Shown here one piece after another: positions 59,798 to 64,000 of a stretch of 64,000 nucleotides of DNA. The stretch is taken from IMG/VR virus record IMGVR_UViG_3300009788_000098, positions 21,244-85,243 of that record. One strand, 5' to 3'. Source of the stretch: a virus. Each line of letters starts with the position of its first letter. Within the stretch, counting starts at the first letter, position 1. The notes beneath the pieces are model-generated. The model saw only the letters and a program-made list of their open reading frames with translations. It had not been told where the DNA came from and ran no database searches. The translations under genes and the position numbers were made by a program.

Positions 59798-59868
59798 ATT
59801 CTTCTCCTCCTTTCACGAAGAATGAGACGATCAGCCATGAGATTGGCAATGGTCGTCTCCTTGCTGTT
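59798..59868 (+). ncRNA. candidate small RNA with anti-SD loop
   Basis: attcttc-TCCTCCTTTCAC-gaagaat hairpin then gagacgatca...tggtcgtctc hairpin. Confidence 0.55.
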
Positions 59869-59869
59869 A

Positions 59870-60019
59870 AATAATACATGCCCCCAAACTCATCGAGCAG
59901 GGGGCATGGGGCCAAAAATTTGCCCGGGCTTTGCCTGGGGTACCAGCGAAAGATATGCCTACATGGTTAGTAGGTTAGCCGCACCCACCCATACGGGTAG
60001 TATTCGACTGCGCTTCCGC
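59870..60019 (-). ncRNA. candidate ~150-nt structured RNA
   Basis: TTGCAA-N17-TACAAT promoter at 60054-60026, three-way junction, terminal catgccccc/gggggcatg hairpin. Confidence 0.5.
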
Positions 60020-60090
60020 AATATTATTGTATCATAACTTTCAAGCTATTGCAATCTCTCGCGTTGTTTTACCTTCCCTATTTACAACAA

Positions 60091-60360
60091 TCATTGTGTA
60101 TGATTCTTTCCTCTAAACTTTTCTGCGTATTCAGTAGTAATACTTTCCAGTCGCTCCAAACTTATATGTTGCTTTCCTAGCACCCTTTGTAATATTTTAT
60201 ATACTTCCTCGTCGTCATCAAAATCAAAGTTATATCTTAGGTCACTTGTGTTCCCTTCAACTGCACTCCACAGGAATTTCAATAATTCAGCCCGCATCTC
60301 CGCATAGTATATTTCTCTCTTCATTAGGTCAACTTGGTTTTGCTTTCTAGGTTTGTTCAT
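60091..60360 (-). CDS. hypothetical protein
   Basis: AAGGAG RBS. Confidence 0.6.
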   Translation of the reverse strand: MNKPRKQNQVDLMKREIYYAEMRAELLKFLWSAVEGNTSDLRYNFDFDDDEEVYKILQRVLGKQHISLERLESITTEYAEKFRGKNHTQ

Positions 60361-60779
60361 TATTTTCTCCTTTTCTTTAAGGTTTTACAAGCACGCAATT
60401 CCCATGTTCTTTGCCTGTTTATCCAGTAGCTAATCATTTCGCTTTGACTTGCCACCCGGCAATCCCTACCGTGGCCCACATCTCCTATCTCATCAAAGTA
60501 TATCCTGGGTCTGGATACTAGCTGCCCCTTGGGGCAACTGTTACTCCTTCTACACCATGGTAGCCGAGCTAATAGTAGTATATCACGATTGTTGGTTAAA
60601 TGCAAACGCCCTCACGAATGAGAGCGCTTACATTAGTAGCTCAAAAGACAAAGCCGTTGCTAAGTCGAGGTTGACTATAGTATACCACAATTTTCCCCCT
60701 ATTGCAACTCGTACTCTTGCGGTACAATTAGGACACGAATTATCCGAATTGTCCCCGTGAAGGGGAAGGAGTCTACGAT

Positions 60780-61379
60780 ATGCCACCTACCAAGAGAAAA
60801 ATGGGTCAAGGGACTGTACAACCAATGGCTCTGTTCGCTGCTGATGGAACAGCTATTGACTTTGACCATGAACTAATTGCACAAGTACCAACCTCAATTC
60901 TCGTTCCTCACCGTGCTGTCCATTTAGGTGTCACATTCCTGGTGTGCTACAAATCGCCTGAAGGAAGTGAGATAGCCGACAATGCCAGCATTAACTTTAT
61001 TATTAACTCAAGATACTCAATGCACTTGTCTTTTCTAGGTGCTGCTGGCGGTGACGCTGAATTAGCACTTTGGGAAAATACAACCTATACCGACGGCTCG
61101 CTTATCTCGCCACTGAATATGAACCGTGATTCAGGAGCTTATCCCGATGTGGCGCGCAGAGACGTAACTGTAACAGCTTACGGAACTAACCTGCTCAACA
61201 TCTTCCTGCCCGGTGGTACTGGAGGCAACTCGTCAGGTGGAGTGTTGCGACTGGGAACTGAGTTTGTTCTAAGCGCCGATACAAACTACTTGCTGGAAAA
61301 CATCAACCGCGCAGGTCAGGCACAGTCCATGTCACTTCACGCAGAGTGGTACGAAGCAGAACGGGCCGTAATCCCCTAA
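60780..61379 (+). CDS. hypothetical protein, possibly virion-associated
   Basis: AAGGAG RBS, beta-rich, PLNMNRDS motif; isolated on + strand. Confidence 0.6.
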   Translation: MPPTKRKMGQGTVQPMALFAADGTAIDFDHELIAQVPTSILVPHRAVHLGVTFLVCYKSPEGSEIADNASINFIINSRYSMHLSFLGAAGGDAELALWENTTYTDGSLISPLNMNRDSGAYPDVARRDVTVTAYGTNLLNIFLPGGTGGNSSGGVLRLGTEFVLSADTNYLLENINRAGQAQSMSLHAEWYEAERAVIP

Positions 61380-61460
61380 AATCATTCACAATCCCCTGCA
61401 AACAGGGGAAACCCCCTGTAAAGGGCGGGAATTGGACAAAAAAGGTCTTATTTATCCGAA

Positions 61461-61769
61461 TTAGGACACAATCTCAACCTTGTAGCCAAGTTCCTTCTCG
61501 ACCTCTTCCACAGTCATTTGTTTGGACGCGACTTCTGCATCGTATAAAACCGTGCGATATTCAGGTTTCCAGCACCAGCCAGAACCACCCAAAACCTTAA
61601 CTATCCGATATTGGGGAGCTTCTTTACAAAAGCTAAATATCTCTAGCCGATCCCACCCTCCTTTGTAAATCACCATGTCAGTACCCTGAATAGTATCTCG
61701 TACTATTAATCCAACTTGACCTTCATTTGTTACAATCATCATCCCCGATTTCAAATCTTCCATTTTCAT
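61461..61769 (-). CDS. hypothetical phage protein
   Basis: DLKSGM.IV, MTVEEVEKELGYKVEIV C-terminus common in phages. Confidence 0.65.
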   Translation of the reverse strand: MKMEDLKSGMMIVTNEGQVGLIVRDTIQGTDMVIYKGGWDRLEIFSFCKEAPQYRIVKVLGGSGWCWKPEYRTVLYDAEVASKQMTVEEVEKELGYKVEIVS

Positions 61770-61875
61770 AAGCATTTCTCCTATCCAAACTGCACAATAC
61801 AGTACGCAATCAGCCCGCATACTGCAACAATCACTACAATTATTAACAATACCGCTTCACCGCCCATGTCATTGG

Positions 61876-62370
61876 TCACAATAACAACTCCTCAAGCGAC
61901 TTCCGCCTCTTGCGACTTGGCTCATCTGCCGCATACCCAAGAGGAGTGAAGGCAATTGGCTCTACCCCCTGCGGCAATCCCAACACATCCCTCGCTACAG
62001 CAACATCAAAAGCTGCAACCCAACAAGTACCCAATCCAAGAGCAGTAGCAGCAAGAATGAGATGATCCATCGCGATGGCAACATCCACCAACATATAATT
62101 AGCCCCGTCACACTTCCGCACCCAAGCTTCCTCCTGCACACCACATATGCAAATAACAATCGGTGCCTGTACGAACCAGTCTCGGTTGAATATACGTCTC
62201 AATTCCTCACCACGCCCCCGCAACACCAACAACCGAAAAGGCTGCCTGTTAGCAGCAGTCGGAGCTAATATAGCAGCTTGCAACACCCTCTCCAAATCCT
62301 CATCCGACACAGCATCCCGGCGATAAGCACGGACACTGTAACGGTTTGTGATAAGTTCTTCAAATGTCAT
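61876..62370 (-). CDS. nitroreductase family flavoprotein
   Basis: RYSVRAY, APTAANRQP, LAATALGLGTCWV, LGY. Confidence 0.92.
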   Translation of the reverse strand: MTFEELITNRYSVRAYRRDAVSDEDLERVLQAAILAPTAANRQPFRLLVLRGRGEELRRIFNRDWFVQAPIVICICGVQEEAWVRKCDGANYMLVDVAIAMDHLILAATALGLGTCWVAAFDVAVARDVLGLPQGVEPIAFTPLGYAADEPSRKRRKSLEELLL

Positions 62371-62634
62371 TACCGATCCTTTATCAACGCATCAATATCG
62401 TGTTCAAAACTCTTTCTCTTTTTGTAATGCGTGACGATAGACTTTAGCAATAACTGCAATTGTCTCACTTCTTCAATTGACAAAGACACAAGTCGGCATC
62501 CTGCACTACCTCTCATTACTGATATCTCAATTTCTCTATCATGCTTTCCAGACGCAGATATTCTCATATCTCCAATGCTCGTGTTGGCACTGAACTCGCT
62601 TCCCCTTTCCCGCAATATCACAGGTTTAGATACG

Positions 62635-62973
62635 TTATTCATGTCTGGCATCACTGTGCTCACACTCATCTTTCGACCAGCATCTTTCGCAATAATTAGC
62701 AATGTGCATAATATCAACTGTGTAATCATCTGCCTGTTGGTGACATGTAATATGTTTTGCTATTCCAGAGATTATGGCTTCAAGACGACCAATTTCTTCT
62801 GCCAGCTCATTCTCAATGGGGCGCATTTCAAATATTTCTGTCTGTTTATCATCCTCCATGGTTTGAAATACGAACATTATGTAGCAGTTTTTGCACCTCA
62901 TCTTGCGTTCATCAATCCATTTATAGCCCTTCGCACCGCAAAATGGACATCGCATTTCTTGTATCTCACTCAT
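62635..62973 (-). CDS. Zn-ribbon hypothetical protein
   Basis: AAGGAG RBS, CPFCG...CKNC. Confidence 0.55.
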   Translation of the reverse strand: MSEIQEMRCPFCGAKGYKWIDERKMRCKNCYIMFVFQTMEDDKQTEIFEMRPIENELAEEIGRLEAIISGIAKHITCHQQADDYTVDIMHIANYCERCWSKDECEHSDARHE

Positions 62974-63251
62974 TATTCTCCTTCCTTTCAGCAAACATCC
63001 TCTGCCTCCTACATCACGTCGCACCTGCCAATATAGCTTGATCCTCTTCCATTCACAATACTCAATATAACAAATCACAGCAAGCGTAATCGGGATATAC
63101 AAAATCGCTAACACAAAGAGTATCATAACTGTCTTATGTCGTAGTAAATCTTGGAAATACAAATGCCAAGGAAAATACCTAGAGCCAGTCCTAAAAGTAC
63201 ACCAGAGCGATAAATCTCAAAAATTGTTGTTCCGAAATATTCCATACTCAC

Positions 63252-63280
63252 AGTATAACACAGGTTGCACAGAAAGTCAA
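63252..63280 (-). promoter_or_regulatory. leftward promoter, probably leaderless
   Basis: TTGACT-N17-TATACT, ATG at 63245 6 nt downstream. Confidence 0.75.
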
Positions 63281-63339
63281 GAGTGGGACAGTAGGGATCG
63301 GGAAAAGTGGTACGTGTAGTGAGTGACCACCCCACCACC

Positions 63340-63355
63340 TAGAACACATGTTCTA
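63340..63355. promoter_or_regulatory. LexA (SOS/Cheo) box
   Basis: tAGAAC-acat-GTTCTa. Confidence 0.8.
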
Positions 63356-63399
63356 CGGAATCGATACGCGGTCTGCATGGTGTGCGGCTCGCGGGCAGG

Positions 63400-63695
63400 A
63401 CAGGACAGACGGGAGCGGGCAGGGCGTGGGTGTAGACAGGGCGTGAGGGCGTGGGTGTGGTAGTATAGCTGTCTACCGGGGTCGTTATAGATTGTAGGGT
63501 GTGGGCATGGCCGGGTGTGGGCGTGGGCGCCTCTGTATAGTATAGATAAGTAAGTATAAAGGGTTCGTTATAAGGCTCGTGGTATAGGGTCTCTGTGTCA
63601 GGACTCGTGTCAGTGCCGTGTATACTCGCATTGTGTCAGGACTCGTGTTGTGGTATCGTGTCCTGGTATCATGGGCTCGTGTCCTGGTATCATAC
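63400..63695 (+). repeat. G/T-skewed non-coding region with short direct repeats
   Basis: gggcgtggg repeats; tgtgtcaggactcgtgt x2; tcgtgtcctggtatcat x2. Confidence 0.7.
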
Positions 63696-63732
63696 ATATA
63701 TAATGAAGCAAGTTGACATTGTAAGAGGGAAT

Positions 63733-63776
63733 TAGAACACATGTTCTACAGAACGCCTGTCCAGAACATCTGTGCT
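63733..63776. promoter_or_regulatory. LexA box plus two degenerate copies
   Basis: tAGAACacatGTTCTa, AGAACgcctGTCCa, AGAACatctGTGCT. Confidence 0.78.
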
Positions 63777-63868
63777 AGGCTGCGTAAAATTGGCGTAAAG
63801 GCGCTGTGATTGCCTTGTCAAGGGCTATACTTATATCGTATACTATAGATAGTGAAAGGAGCAAGACT

Positions 63869-63997
63869 ATGACACAGAAACAAAAACTACAGCTTAAAAT
63901 GAAACTCCAACGGAAACACATTACGATATTGCGATCCATGGACAAACGGATTAACAGCGCTGATAATCGACTTGTTAGAATGTCAGGTGTACGCTAA
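63869..63997 (+). CDS. small basic protein
   Basis: AAAGGAG RBS, downstream of TTGTCA-N18-TATACT. Confidence 0.55.
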   Translation: MTQKQKLQLKMKLQRKHITILRSMDKRINSADNRLVRMSGVR

Positions 63998-64000
63998 TGA

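Noticed and set aside
59822-60037. 71-aa ORF in the track
   Set aside because: No RBS; overlaps two structured RNA candidates
63400-63700. CRISPR array
   Set aside because: Repeats are short, irregular and lack unique equal-length spacers; no cas genes
1-64000. Genome-wide TAG stop-codon reassignment
   Set aside because: Only the helicase is interrupted; many genes end in TAG directly followed by the next RBS or ATG (594, 34132, 39831, 52961) and long genes are intact in code 11

Overview
About 64 kb of a tailed dsDNA phage or prophage genome with siphovirus-type tail genes. Palindromic AGAAC-N4-GTTCT LexA boxes, sigma70/sigmaA promoters and several leaderless genes point to a Chloroflexota-like or other Gram-positive-type host (inference). 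Bases 1-28.9 kb are on the + strand. They hold many small hypothetical genes, two N4C/N6A DNA methyltransferases plus two 5' remnants of the same family, a Zn-finger Rep-like gene, a GH25 endolysin, a DinG-like helicase interrupted by one in-frame TAG, and a ~15 kb NDP-sugar/glycan tailoring cluster (RfbF, SDRs, C-methyltransferases, RfbC, DegT, CmcI-like, two GT2, two B12 radical SAM, ATP-grasp). Bases 28.9-57.6 kb are the - strand virion module, portal to tail fibres. A second glycosylation block sits directly behind the major capsid gene: kinase, methyltransferases and a 1072-aa GT4-GT2-GT2-HhH protein. Bases 57.6-64 kb hold an HNH plus C5-methyltransferase cassette with an overprinted gene, two convergent candidate small RNAs, a nitroreductase and a LexA-box-flanked repeat region. 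No terminase, integrase, tRNA, rRNA or CRISPR array was recognised. Strongest leads: the two-part virus-encoded glycosylation system, twin conserved promoter-leader-terminator attenuators ahead of the head and tail operons, promoter-driven small RNAs exposing anti-Shine-Dalgarno sequences, a +1 (UCC-UUU-C) tail-chaperone frameshift, and beta-clamp motifs on the DNA methyltransferases. All calls come from reading motifs by eye; no searches were run.
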